Source: Eledone cirrhosa (taxonomy: Eukaryota). From it: a DNA stretch of 64,000 nucleotides. The stretch covers positions 40,858,001-40,922,000 of the forward strand of contig OZ024750.1 of the NCBI GenBank assembly GCA_964016885.1, given 5' to 3'. Both the position numbers and the translations under genes were made by a program. The notes below the pieces were generated by a model. It ran no database searches. It was given only the letters and a program-made list of their open reading frames with translations, and was not told the origin of the DNA. Below are positions 25,433 to 39,082 of the stretch, piece after piece (position 1 is the stretch's first letter; the number at the start of each line of letters is the position of its first letter).

Positions 25433-27477
25433 TCCATTACCTCAATATTTACCCCACATTACCTCAATATCTACCCTACATTACCTCAATATCTACCCTA
25501 CATTACCTCAATACCTACCCCACATTACCTCAATACCTACCCCACATTACCTCACAATTCCTACCCCTACATTACCTCAATACCTACCCTACATTACCTC
25601 AATATCTACCCTACATTACCTCAATATCTACCCTACATTACCTCAATATCTACCCTACATTACCTCAATATTTACCCCACATTACCTCAATATTTACCCT
25701 ACATTACCTCAATATCTACCCTACATTACCTCAATATCTACCCTACATTACCTCAATACCTACCTTACATTACCTCAATATCTACACTACATTACCTCAA
25801 TATCTACCCCACATTACCTCAATATTTACCCTACATTACTTCAATATTTACCCTATATTACCTCAATATCTACCCTACATTACCTCAATATCTACCCTAC
25901 ATTACCTCAATATCTACCCTACATTACCTCATATATTTACCCTACATTACTTCAATATCTACCTTACATTACCTCAATATCTACCCTACATTACCTCATA
26001 TATTTACCCTACATTACTTCAATATCTACCTTACATTACCTCAATATCTACCCTACATTACCTCATATATTTACCCTACATTACTTCAATATCTACCCTA
26101 CATTACCTCAATATCTACCCTACATTACCTCATATATCTACCCTACATTACTTCAATATCTACCTTACATCACCTCAATATCTACCCTACATTACCTCAA
26201 TATCTACCCTACATTACTTCAATATCTACCTTACATTACCTCAATATCTACCCCCACATTACCTCAATAACTACCCCACATTACCTCAATATTTACCCTA
26301 CATTACTTCAATATTTACCCTACATTACTTCAATATTTACCCTACATTACCTCAATATCTACCCTACATTACCTCAATATCTACCCCATATTACCTCAAT
26401 ATTTACCCCACATTACCTCAATATTTACCCTACATTCCCTCAATATCTACCCTACATTACCTCAATATCTACCCTACATTACCTCAATATCTACCCTACA
26501 TTACCTCAATATCTACCCTACATTACTTCAATATTTACCCTACATTACTTCAATATCTACCCTATATTACCTCAATATCTACCCCACATTACCTCAATAT
26601 CTACCCTACATTACCTCAATATCTACCCTACATTACCTCAATATCTACCCTACATTACCTCAATATTTACCCTACATTACTTCAATATTTACCCTACATT
26701 ACCTCAATATCTACCCTACATTACCTCAATATCTACCCTACATTACCTCAATATCTACCCTACATTACCTCAATATCTGCCCCCACATTACCTCAATATT
26801 TACCCTACATTACTTCAATATTTACCCTACATTACCTCAATATCTACCCTACATTACCTCAATATCTACCCACATTACCTCAATACCTACCCTACATTAC
26901 CTCAATACCTACCCTACATTACCTCAATATCTGCCCTACATTACCTCAATACCTACCCTACATTACCTCAATACCTACCCTACAATACCTCAATACCTAC
27001 CCTACATTACCTCAATATCTGCCCTACATTACCTCAATATCTACCTTACATTACCTCAATGCCTACCCTCCATTACCTCAATATCTACCCTACATTACCT
27101 CAATATCTACCCTACATTACCTCAATATCTACCCTACATTACCTCAATACCTACCCAACATTACCTCAATACCTACCCTACATTACCTCAATACCTACCC
27201 TACATTACCTCAATATCTACCCTACATTACCTCAATATCTACCCTACATTACCTCAATACCTACCCTACATTACCTCAATATCTGCCCTACATTACCTCA
27301 ATATCTACCCCACATTACCTCAATATTTACCCTACATTACTTCAATATTTACCCTACATTACCTCAATATCTACCCTACATTACCTCAATATCTGCCCTA
27401 CATTACCTCAATACCTACCCTACATTACCTTAATATCTGCCCTACATTACCTCAATATCTACCCTACATTACCTCAA
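25433..27477. repeat. 22-bp minisatellite, ~90 copies
   Basis: Unit ccctacattacctcaatatcta. Confidence 0.96.
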
Positions 27478-27789
27478 GAGTAATGTAAATGTTATGTGAG
27501 ATATTAGGTGAGGTAAAGCCTTTACTGTGAAAATACAATAGTATATATAGAGTAATGTAAATGTTATGTGAGATATTAGGTGAGGTAAAGCCTTTACTGT
27601 GAAAATACAATAGTATATATAGAATAATGTAAATGTTATGTGAGATATTATGTGAGGTAAAGCCTTTACTGTGAAAATACAATAGTATATATAGAGTAAT
27701 GTAAATGTTATGAGATATTATGTGAGGTAAAGCTTTTACCATGAAAATATAATAGTATATATAGAGTAATGTAAATGTTAATGGGTTAG
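27478..27789 (-). mobile_element. MITE family P 5' end amplified into ~4 tandem 72-bp units
   Basis: Reverse complement of the catttacattactctatatatactattgtattttcacagtaaaggctttacctcac.taatatctcacataa unit; ends in a degenerate TIR. Confidence 0.85.
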
Positions 27790-28171
27790 TACCTACCCCC
27801 CCCCCCCCCCAACCATCCCACCACACACACTTCAAATATCTATTACACTAAAGTTTCCCCAAACTTTTTAGACTACTAACCCACCTTTCAGAGAATACAT
27901 TTCATCAGCAGCCCACTCTAAAATTAATCAAAAATTAATTATACAAAAATTAATTTTACATTGAAAATTAAATTTTGATAATTCGAAAAAAAAATGTATT
28001 TAAACATTTATTGAATAACTAAAGGTGACAGTTTTATGAGCAAACTACTACTTTGCATTCTTTGTCCCTTTCCCTCCTTTGGTGTCCCTTTTGAGTTTCC
28101 CAGACTCCAAGGGGTCAGTAGCATTGACTTAGGGAATCATAGAGCTTAGATGAACTGAGGGAGAATTGGGA

Positions 28172-28888
28172 TTAACCCTTTACCATTTACATTACTCTAT
28201 ATATACTATTGTATTTTCACAGTAAAGGCTTTACCTCACATAATATCTCACATAACATTTACAGTACTCTATATATACTATTGTATTTTCACAGTAAAGG
28301 CTTTACCTTACATAATATCTCACATAACATTTACATTACTCTATATATACTATTGTATTTTCACAGTAAAAGCTTTACCTCACATCATATCTCACATAAC
28401 ATTTACATTACTCTATATATACTATTGTATTTTCACAGTAAACGCTTTACCTCACATAATATCTCACATAACATTTACATTACTCTATATATACTATTGT
28501 ATTTTCACAGTAAAGGCTTTACCTCACATAATATCTCATAACATTTACATTACTCTATATATACTATTGTATTTTCACAGTAAAGGCTTTACCTCACATA
28601 ATATCTCACATAACATTTACATTACTCTATATATACTATTGTATTTTCACAGTAAAGGCTTTACCTCACATAACATTTACATTACTATATATATACTATT
28701 GTATGTTCTCAGTAAAAGCTTTACCTCACATAATATCTCACATAATATCAAATCTATGAGATTTTAATGTTATTTATTTTGAGAACAATACCTTAATATC
28801 AGTATGGGTGGCTAGTTACAACCGGTTTAAATAGAGAGAGGTGAGAGAATTCCGGCCAGATATGGCAGGTTTGAATGCTAAAGGTTAA
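28172..28888 (+). mobile_element. MITE family P with internal 72-bp tandem array (~8 units)
   Basis: ttaaccctttacc...gaatgctaaaggttaa termini enclose the array. Confidence 0.88.
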
Positions 28889-28889
28889 A

Positions 28890-29503
28890 AGGAACCTGAA
28901 GTGGTGTGCAAGAGAGAAGACTGCATTGGTGTGGGCAATATGGCTTAGTGGTTAGAGCATTGGCCTTGCAATCGAAAGGTTGTGAGTTCAAGTCTCAGAC
29001 CGGGTCACGTGTTGTTTCCTTGAGCAAGACACTTTATTTCACATTGCTCCAGTTTACTCAGCTGTAGAAATGAGATGATAGGGACTGGGGTCCATATCAT
29101 TCCACTGTAAAGTGGACATGTAGGTGCCACGGAAAGAAAGCACCCAGCACTCACTGTAAATGAGGTTGGTGTTAGGAAGGGCATCCAGCTGTAGAAATCA
29201 AGCCAGCATCAGTTCCCGTCCCACCCTTGCAAGCAGGGAAAAGTGGACGTAAAATAATGATGATGATGATGATGGTTGATGATGAGGATTGCTGGGTGAA
29301 GAAGTGCCAGGAAATTCCAGTGGAGGGAAGCCACAGTAGAGGAAGACCAAGGAAGATGTGGGCTGAGGTGGTGAGAGCTGATCTCAAATTGCTGAGACTG
29401 ACAGAGGAGATGACAAAGGAATGCGGCGAGTGGAGAGATGCTGTGTTGAACAGGACCCTTCCAACCCATGCAAGTGGGAAAAATGGATGTAAAAATGATG
29501 ATG
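28890..29503 (+). mobile_element. RTE 3' fragment interrupted by a SINE A copy (~28934-29273)
   Basis: VQERRLHWCG before the SINE and DEDCWVKKCQEIPVEG..RGRPRK after it. Confidence 0.8.
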
Positions 29504-29552
29504 ACACTAATACACTAATACCTAACCAATACCTATCGAGGTAGAAAACATT

Positions 29553-29666
29553 TTTACTATTGTATTGTTTACTATTGCAATTGTTTACTATTGCACTTGT
29601 TTACTATTGTACTGTTTACTATTGCAATTGTTTACTATTGGAATTGTTTACTATTGTATTGTTTAC
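29553..29666. repeat. 16-bp tandem repeat
   Basis: Unit tttactattgcaattg with variants. Confidence 0.85.
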
Positions 29667-29777
29667 AAATCTTTTCCTAGAGAAAATTGTTTGACTTGAA
29701 AAAGTATTAAAGGAAAAGATACAAGGTTCAATCCTCGTCAACAGTGGACAGTTTCTAACACCTGTTGTCTTGGTTTC

Positions 29778-30312
29778 TGTGTATGTATCTGTGTATCTAT
29801 GTATCTGTGTATGTATGTATGGAAGTGTGTATGTATGTATCTGTGTATGTATGTATGTATTTGTGTATGTATGTATGCATATCTGTGTATGTATGTATTT
29901 GTGTGTATGTATGTATTTGTGTATGTATGTATGTATCTGTGTATCTGTGTATGTATGTATCTGTGTATATATGTATCTGTGTATATATGTATCTATCTGT
30001 GTATGTATGTATGTATTTGTGTATGTATGTATCTGTGTATCTATGTATCTGTATGTATGTATCTGTGTATGTATGTATCTGTGTATGTATGTATGTATCT
30101 GTGTATGTATGTATGCATCTGTGTATGTATGTATTTGTGTGTGTATGTATGTATTTGTGTATGTATGTATGTATGTATGTATGTATCTGTGTATCTATGT
30201 ATCTGTGTATGTATGTATCTGTGTATCTATGTATCTGTGTATATATATCTGTGTATGTATGTATGTATGTATGTATGTATGTATGTATGTATGTATGTAT
30301 GTATCTGTGTAT
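29778..30312. repeat. (TATG)n-type microsatellite
   Basis: Direct reading. Confidence 0.95.
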
Positions 30313-30970
30313 GTTCTTTTGGTTTTATAATTTCACAAATTTTTTCCCAATAGAGAGAGAGTCGGTTTCTAACATAGACACAAGACTCTCTTTCTAACAT
30401 AGACACAAGACTCTCTCATTGGAATTTACACGTCAACTAGGTAGATATGTATGTATGTCTGTATGCATGCATGTGTAGATATGGATGTTATTGTATGTGT
30501 GGATGTGTATGTTTTGAGTTGTATGTGTGCATGTGCACATGCTTTGTATCTGTACATGTGTATATGCAGTTATTAGATGCAAAATTTTTGCAATGTTTTA
30601 CATATTTTTACTGTTCCATTAATGGATTGTACTTGTAATTTCCTAACTAGTTGTGTTCTTTCTGCTGCCGTGAAGCCCAGCTTCTCAAGATTTGTATTGA
30701 GGTAGTTACTAACATATCCCAGTGCCCCAATAATCACAGGCATAAATTTGAAGGTGTAATCAGGGTGGAGTATCTGCAGATTTCTCATCAGTTCCGCATA
30801 AATATTCTCCTTTTCGCTAATCTTTGATATTATATTGGCATCTGCTGGGCAGCTAATTTCCACTACTGTGCATGTTTTCTTCTCCCTGTCCCATATCATA
30901 ATATCTGGTCTGTTATGCCTGCATTTTATTGGGGTTTTTACTGGAACATTCCACCAGTAATCTTTCATAT
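30313..30970 (-). mobile_element. 3' fragment of an R4/Dong-like non-LTR retrotransposon (restriction-like endonuclease domain + 3'UTR)
   Basis: ORF 30573..30968: WWNVPV...HNRPDIMIWD...VVEISCP....K..EK...Y..L...PVIIGALG, a PD-(D/E)xK RLE signature; embedded in (TATG)n. Confidence 0.85.
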
Positions 30971-31166
30971 GTATGTATGTATGTATCTGTGTAGATATGT
31001 ATCTGTGACTTTTGGTGGAGTCACAGGGGTGCTGTAGTGCCGTACATCATGTCTTGGACCCATCTCCTCTGTAGATTTCAACACAAACAGTTTCTAATAC
31101 CTGTTGTCTTGGTTTATACGATATATCTGTGTATGTATGGTTTTGTAACTCCTGGTGGAGCCACAG

Positions 31167-32805
31167 GTGTGCTGTAGTGACATATGGCGTGCTGTAGTGA
31201 CATATGGTGTGCTGTAGTGACATACAGTGTGCTGTAGTGACATATGGTGTGCTGTAGTGACATATGGTGTGCTGTAGTGACATATGGTGTGCTGTAGTGA
31301 CATATGGTGTGCTGTAGTGACATATGGTGTGCTGTAGTGACATATGGTGTGCTGTAGTGACATAAGGTGTGCTGTAGTGACATATGGTGTGCTGTAGTGA
31401 CATACAGTGTGCTGTAGTGACATATGGTGTGCTGTAGTGACATATGGTGTGCTGTAGTGACATATGGTGTGCTGTAGTGACATATGGTGTGCTGTAGTGA
31501 CATACAGTGTGCTGTAGTGACATATGGTGTGCTGTAGTGACATACAGTGTGCTGTAGTGACATATGGTGTGCTGTAGTGACATATGGTGTGCTGTAGTGA
31601 CATATGGTGTGCTGTAGTGACATACGGTGTGCTGTAGTGACATATGGTGTGCTGTAGTGACATATGGTGTGCTGTAGTGACATATGGTGTGCTGTAGTGA
31701 CATACAGTGTGCTGTAGTGACATACAGTGTGCTGTAGTGACATATGGTGTGCTGTAGTGACATACGGCGTGCTGTAGGTGTGCTGTAGTGACAAACAGTG
31801 TGCTGTAGTGACATATGGTGTGCTGTAGTGACATACGGCATGCTGTAGGTGTGCTGTAGTGACATACAGTGTGCTGTAGTGACATATAGTGTGCTGTAGT
31901 GACATATGGTGTGCTGTAGTGACATACGGCATGCTGTAGGTGTGCTGTAGTGACATACAGTGTGCTGTAGTGACATACAGTGTGCTGTAGTGACATACAG
32001 TGTGCTGTAGTGACATATGGTGTGCTGTAGTGACATACAGTGTGCTGTAGTGACATATGGTGTGCTGTAGTGACATATGGTGTGCTGTAGTGACATATGG
32101 TGTGCTGTAGTGACATATGGTGTGCTGTAGTGACATACAGTGTGCTGTAGTGACATACAGTGTGCTGTAGTGACATATGGTGTGCTGTAGTGACATATGG
32201 TGTGCTGTAGTGACATACAGTGTGCTGTAGTGACATACGGCGTGCTGTAGGTGTGCTGTAGTGACATACAGTGTGCTGTAGTGACATATGGTGTGCTGTA
32301 GTGACATATGTATGGTGTGCTGTAGTGACATATGGTGTGCTGTAGTGACATACAGTGTGCTGTAGTGACATACAGTGTGCTGTAGTGACATACGGCGTGC
32401 TGTAGGTGTGCTGTAGTGACATACAGTGTGCTGTAGTGACATATGGTGTGCTGTAGTGACATATGGTGTGCTGTAGTGACATATGGTGTGCTGTAGTGAC
32501 ATATGGTGTGCTGTAGTGACATATGGTGTGCTGTAGTGACATACAGTGTGCTGTAGTGACATACAGTGTGCTGTAGTGACATACGGCGTGCTATAGGTGT
32601 GCTGTAGTGACATATGGTGTGCTGTAGTGACATATGGCATGCTGTAGTGACATACAGTGTGCTGTAGTGACATACAGTGTGCTGTAGTGACATATGGCGT
32701 GCTGTAGTGATATATACGGTGTGCTGTAGTGATATATGCCATATGACATGCTGTAGTGACATACACTGTGCTGTAGTGACAGACGGTGTGATGCAGTGAC
32801 ATACA
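31167..32805. repeat. 20-bp minisatellite, ~80 copies
   Basis: Unit gtgtgctgtagtgacatatg. Confidence 0.97.
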
Positions 32806-33399
32806 GCGTGTCTTGGCCATTTTAAACCTGGTGGAGCCCTTCTCCTCTCCAAGTCAGAACACAACCAATTTCTTCCAGAGCAGAAGACAGAGAGAGTACT
32901 TGACTGCTACTTTTTTTAATGATCTCAGCTCAGTGTATTGAGCTGGAACAATTACTGCAAAACATTGGAAATTCTAACAACTTTGCCAATTTGATGCCAA
33001 CGGCTTCTATGACACAGGTTTAGAATTGCTACCTATCAATCCTCTACTGCTACACCTCTGTATACTCTCCACAGCAGTATGTTTAGTATTACTATACATA
33101 CTACTACCATTAGAGTCACTGCTACTACTATGGTACTCCTACACAATATCCAGTTCAGCCATTGATATTACTATGACTAACATCATTCACTCTGTCTATA
33201 CTATATCACTATAGTCAATAGCTCTATAGACATTACTATGGCAGCGACTATATCACCACTATAGTCAGCAGCTCCATCACAGTACTATCACCACTATAGT
33301 CAACACCTCTACCACAGTACTATCATCTCTGTAGACATTACAGAGTTTATTTTAAATCGTTTATATTTATCTAAAAACTTTTTCATGTAAGAACCTTTG

Positions 33400-33619
33400 T
33401 TAACCCTTTACTGTTCAAACCGGCCAAAACCGGCCAGAATTCTCTACCTCTTTCTGTTGAAACTGGCTGTAACTGGTGGCTCAAACTGATGTTAAGGTAT
33501 TGTTCTCAAAATAAATACTTTCAAAATCTCGATATTATGTGAGATAATTATGCGAGGTAAAGCCTTTACCATGAAAATATAATAGTATATATAAAATAAT
33601 GTGAATGCTAAAGGGTTAA
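33400..33619 (-). mobile_element. piggyBac-type MITE family P
   Basis: ttaaccctttactg...gaatgctaaagggttaa; reverse complement of 20257-20483. Confidence 0.85.
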
Positions 33620-33998
33620 CAGAGCTCCATAAACCAACTTAATAACAAAGTAAGTTATATAACTAAATCCCTTAAAATTCTTGAATTTTTTCAAAAATTA
33701 TTTGAAAACCATAAGCAGTGTCTTTCATTAGAAACATGGTAATGAAGAGATTAGAGTTTGCTTTGCAATTACAGTGAACTTCCGTTATAACGACAATCAC
33801 GGGATATAAATTCATGTTGTAATGGTATTTGTTATAACGGTATTTTACCTATACATGGTTCTGAGTTCAGTCTCATTTCTCAGACCCTTGGGAACATGTT
33901 TTCTACCATATTCTTTGTTCAACACAAAATATTTGAGGGAAATTGAGCAGATGGAAACTGTGTGGAAACCTTTCATATATTTTTTTTTTGTGGTAGAC

Positions 33999-34286
33999 TT
34001 AATGCTTTACCATTTACATTACTCTATATTTACTATTGTATTTTCACAGTAAAGGCTTTACCTCGCATAATATCTCACATAACATTTACATTACTCTATA
34101 TATACTATTGTATTTTCACAGAAAAGGCTTTACCTCACATAACATTGAAGCTACGAGATTTTGATGTTATTTATTTTAAGAACAATATCTTAACATCAGT
34201 ATGAACAGCCGATTATGGCTGGTTTGCACTGAAAGAGGCGAGAGAATTCTGACTGGATATGGCCAAGTTAAATACTAAAGGGTTAA
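33999..34286 (+). mobile_element. MITE family P with two internal 72-bp units
   Basis: Duplicated catttacattactc unit; ends ctaaagggttaa. Confidence 0.8.
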
Positions 34287-34416
34287 TTCATCACCCAGTT
34301 TAACACTAGGATCTGGCCCTTGGGTCCCTTTATCAAGGTTCACACTTGCAAGCATTCAGATCAGACCTCAGTTCTGAATATAAACCATAAGTCAATAGCT
34401 CTTTTGAATATAACCC

Positions 34417-36830
34417 AACAGTCACTCCACCTTGTGGTCATGGTAGACATGATGGAGAAGGCATTGTAACAGAGGATGGCAGTGAGGGAGATGTGTTGGA
34501 ACAGTCACTCCACCTTGTGGTCATGGTAGACATGATGGTGAAGACATTGTCACAGGGGATGGCAGTGAGGGAGATGTGTTGGAACAGTCACTCCACCTTG
34601 TGGTCATGGTAGACATGGTGGTGAAGACATTGTCACAGGGGATGGCAGTGAGGGAGATGTGTTGGAACAGTCACTCCACCTTGTGGTCATGGTAGACATG
34701 ATGGAGAAGACATTGTCACAGGGGATGGCAGTGAGGGAGATGTGTTGGAACAGTCACTCCACCTTGTGGTCATGGTAGACATGATGGAGAAGACATTGTC
34801 ACAGAGGATGGCAGTGAGGGAGATGTGTTGGAACAGTCACTCCACCTTGTGGTCATGGTAGACATGGTGGTGAAGACATTGTCACAGGGGATGGCAGTGA
34901 GGGAGATGTGTTGGAACAGTCACTCCACCTTGTGGTCATGGTAGACATGATGGAGAAGACATTGTCACAGGGGATGGCAGTGAGGGAGATGTGTTGGAAC
35001 AGTCACTCCACCTTGTGGTCATGGTAGACATGATGGAGAAGACATTGTCACAGAGGCTGGCAGTGAGGGAGATGTGTTGGAACAGTCACTCCACCTTGTG
35101 GTCATGGTAGACATGATGGAGAAGACATTGTCACAGGGGATGGCAGTGAGGGAGATGTGTTGGAACAGTCACTCCACCTTGTGGTCATGGTAGACATGAT
35201 GGAGAAGACATTGTCACAGGGGATGGCAGTGAGGGAGATGTGTTGGAACAGTCACTCCACCTTGTGGTCATGGTAGACATGATGGAGAAGACATTGTCAC
35301 GGAGGCTGGCAGTGAGGGAGATGTGTTGGAACAGTCACTCCACCTTGTGGTCATGGTAGACATGATGGTGAAGACATTGTCACAGAGGGTGGCAGTGAGG
35401 GAGATGTGTTGGAACAGTCACTCCACCTTGTGGTCATGGTAGACATGATGGTGAAGACATTGTCACAGGGGATGGCAGTGAGGGAGATGTGTTGGAACAG
35501 TCACTCCACCTTGTGGTCATGGTAGACATGATGGAGAAGACATTGTCACAGAGGCTGGCAGTGAGGGAGATGTGTTGGAACAGTCACTCCACCTTGTGGT
35601 CATGGTAGACATGATGGTGAAGACAGTGTCACAGAGGATGGCAGTGAGGGAGATGTGTTGGAACAGTCACTCCACCTTGTGGTCATGGTAGACATGATGG
35701 TGAAGACATTGTCACAGGGGATGGCAGTGAGGGAGATGTGTTGGAACAGTCACTCCACCTTGTGGTCATGGTAGACATGATGGAGAAGACATTGTCACAG
35801 AGGCTGGCAGTGAGGGAGATGTGTTGGAACAGTCACTCCACCTTGTGGTCATGGTAGACATGATGGAGAAGACATTGTCACAGGGGATGGCAGTGAGGGA
35901 GATGTGTTGGAACAGTCACTCCACCTTGTGGTCATGGTAGACATGATGGTGAAGACATTGTAACAGAGGATGGCAGTGAGGGAGATGTGTTGGAACAGTC
36001 ACTCCACCTTGTGGTCATGGTAGACATGATGGTGAAGACATTGTAACAGAGGATGGCAGTGAGGGAGATGTGTTGGAACAGTCACTCCACCTTGTGGTCA
36101 TGGTAGACATGATGGTGAAGACAGTGTCACAGAGGATGGCAGTGAGGGAGATGTGTTGGAACAGTCACTCCACCTTGTGGTCATGGTAGACATGATGGAG
36201 AAGACATTGTCACAGAGGCTGGCAGTGAGGGAGATGTGTTGGAACAGTCACTCCACCTTGTGGTCATGGTAGACATGATGGAGAAGACATTGTCACAGGG
36301 GATGGCAGTGAGGGAGATGTGTTGGAACAGTCACTCCACCTTGTGGTCATGGTAGACATGATGGTGAAGACATTGTAACAGAGGATGGCAGTGAGGGAGA
36401 TGTGTTGGAACAGTCACTCCACCTTGTGGTCATGGTAGACATGATGGAGAAGACATTGTCACAGGGGATGGCAGTGAGGGAGATGTGTTGGAACAGTCAC
36501 TCCACCTTGTGGTCATGGTAGACATGATGGTGAAGACATTGTAAGAGAGGATGGCAGTGAGGGAGATGTGTTGGAACAGTCACTCCACCTTGTGGTCATG
36601 GTAGACATGATGGTGAAGACATTGTAACAGAGGATGGCAGTGAGGGAGATGTGTTGGAACAGTCACTCCACCTTGTGGTCATGGTAGACATGATGGTGAA
36701 GACAGTGTCACAGAGGATGGCAGTGAGGGAGATGTGTTGGAACAGTCACTCCACCTTGTGGTCATGGTAGACATGATGGAGAAGACATTGTCACAGAGGC
36801 TGGCAGTGAGGGAGATGTGTTGGAACAGCC
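34417..36830. repeat. 83-bp minisatellite, ~29 copies
   Basis: Unit aacagtcactccaccttgtggtcatggtagacatgatggagaagacattgtcacaggggatggcagtgagggagatgtgttgg. Confidence 0.97.
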
Positions 36831-36939
36831 ATTCCAACTTGCGGGGCTCGCTTCTGTGCCCACCCAACACCACTACTATCACTACTACTACTGTTCCCTT
36901 AATTATATGCTTTAATTATATAGCCAGTAAATCTCACTC

Positions 36940-37153
36940 CATCTCTCTCTCTCTCTCATTCTCTCTCTCTCTCATTCTCTCTCTCTCTCTCTCATTCTCT
37001 CTCTCTCTCATTCTCTCTCTCTCTCTCTCATTCTCTCTCTCTCTCATTCTCTCTCTCTCTCATTCTCTCTCTCTCATTCTCTCTCTCTCTCTCTCTCATT
37101 CTCTCTCTCTCTCTCTCTCTCATTCTCTCTATCTCATTCTCTCTCTCTCTCAT

Positions 37154-37207
<54 letters not shown>

Positions 37208-37745
37208 ATTTTCTCTCTCTGTCCATCACTCTCACACTCTCTCTCTCCATCACTCTCTCTCTACCACATAATTGCCATTTTTCCTTCTTCCTCACCTTCA
37301 TTCTATTATATTCTCCTTTCTCTTTCTTTTTCTTTCCCTGTCTACCTCTTTATCTCTTCCTCTCATTTCCTTTTCTCACTCACCCTCTCTACCTCCCTCA
37401 CCCTCCCTATCTCACCCTCCCTCTCTCACCCTCTCTCCCTCCCTCTCTCACCCTCTCTCCCTCCCTCTCTCACCCTCTCTCCCTCCCTCTCTCTCACCCT
37501 CCCTCTCTCTCACCCTCTCTACCTCCCCCTCTCTACCTCCCTCTCTCCCACCCTCTCTACCTCCCTCACTCTCTCCCACTATATCTCCCCCTCTCTCCAC
37601 CCCTCCCCCTCACTCCCACTCTCCCCCTCACTTTACCCCCACTCTTCCCCATCTTCACCCCCCTCTCCCCCCACTCTCTCCTCCTCTCTCCTACTCTCCC
37701 TCTCCCATATCTTTCAGCCATCTCCCACTTATCCCCCCCCCCAAC
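36940..37745. repeat. (CT)n / pyrimidine-rich tract
   Basis: Direct reading. Confidence 0.93.
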
Positions 37746-37784
37746 CTTCCCACACCTTACTTTAAGTGAGCTAACCTCTACAAG

Positions 37785-37970
37785 GTCACCTGGTCTGCTA
37801 GAACTAGCAGCAACACTTCTCTCAAATCACACCCAACCATCTTTAAAAAAAGAAATGGAGGACCTCATCTGATAATGTAGTCTTAGCTATCCCTAAAAAT
37901 ACTAAATAATCACACCATTTGATCATTGGTCTGTTTAGGGCTGACCTGGGGCTAAACAACAACAACAACC
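37785..37970 (+). mobile_element. Dispersed repeat family C (SINE-tail-like); related pieces at 38745-39080 and 45952-46175 (-)
   Basis: ctgctagaa.tagca ... gggctgacctggggctaaacaacaac shared between copies. Confidence 0.55.
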
Positions 37971-38063
37971 ATCTTTAAGTGTGTTTACATTCCCCCTCCC
38001 CACCCCCACATACACACTTTTTTCCCTTTACTTTTACATAATTACATTTCTGGCAGCAATACA

Positions 38064-38655
38064 CCCCTCTCCCCTTCACCTCTCCTTTTCACCTCTCCCC
38101 CCACCTCTACCCTTCACCTCTAACCCCCCCCTCTAACTTTCACATCTCCCCCCTCACCTCTCCCCTTCACCTCTCCTTTTCACCTCTCCCCCACCTCTAA
38201 CCTTCACCTCTCCCCCACTTCTAACCTTCACCTCTCCCCACTTCTAACCTTCACCTCTCCCCCACCTCTAACCTTCACCTCTCCCTCACTTCTAACCTTC
38301 ACCTCTCCCCCACCTCTAACCTTCACCTCTCCCCCACCTCTCTCTCTTCACCTCTCCCCCACCAGTTCCCTTCACCTCTCCCCCACCAGTTCCCTTCACC
38401 TCTCCCCCACCAGTTCCCTTCACCTCTCCCCACTTCTCTCTCTTCACCCATCCCCCAACTCTCTCCCTTCACCTCTACCCCTCACCTCTCTCCCTTCACT
38501 TCTAACCCCTCACCTCTCTCCCTTCATTTCTACCCCTCACCTCTCTCCCTTCACCTCTCTCCCCCACCTCTACCCCTTCACCTCTACCCCCAACCTCTCC
38601 CTCACACCTCTCCCTCACACCTCCCCCATCACCTCTCTCCACCCCTCACCCCCTT
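38064..38655. repeat. C-rich degenerate minisatellite (cacctctcccc/ccttcacctct)
   Basis: Direct reading. Confidence 0.85.
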
Positions 38656-39082
38656 TAGTGAGCCAATGAGGTTCTCCTCCACCGTCTCCCTTCCCTTCTC
38701 TCTCTGCAACTGTCAACCAGTGGAGAAACCTCTCAATATATCTGTTTGACCTGCTAGAAATAGCAACCAAATCTAGCACTCCCAACCATCCTAGAAAATG
38801 ACACATTGGATAATTTGGACTTGAGTCTGGTGAACTAGGTGAGATGGTCACAATTGGAAAATCTTTGATGATGATGATGTCATTTAACCCAGGTCAGCCC
38901 TGATTGAAGACACCAATCATCAAAGGCATTCTAACCATGGCCATCTAAATTTATTTTGCTTTACAGATGTAACATTCCCAAGTCCACATCACCTGATATG
39001 TCTTTCTTTGAGAGAGATGATAGATTGTGATGGTAGATTGTGATTTGAGGGTGATTTAGCTGCTATATCTTGGTAGGTCAGG

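Noticed and set aside
25391-27433. 680-aa ORF
   Set aside because: Cyclic translation of the 22-bp minisatellite
31047-32864. Cys/His-rich ORFs resembling zinc fingers
   Set aside because: Three-frame translation of a 20-bp repeat; no true C2H2 spacing
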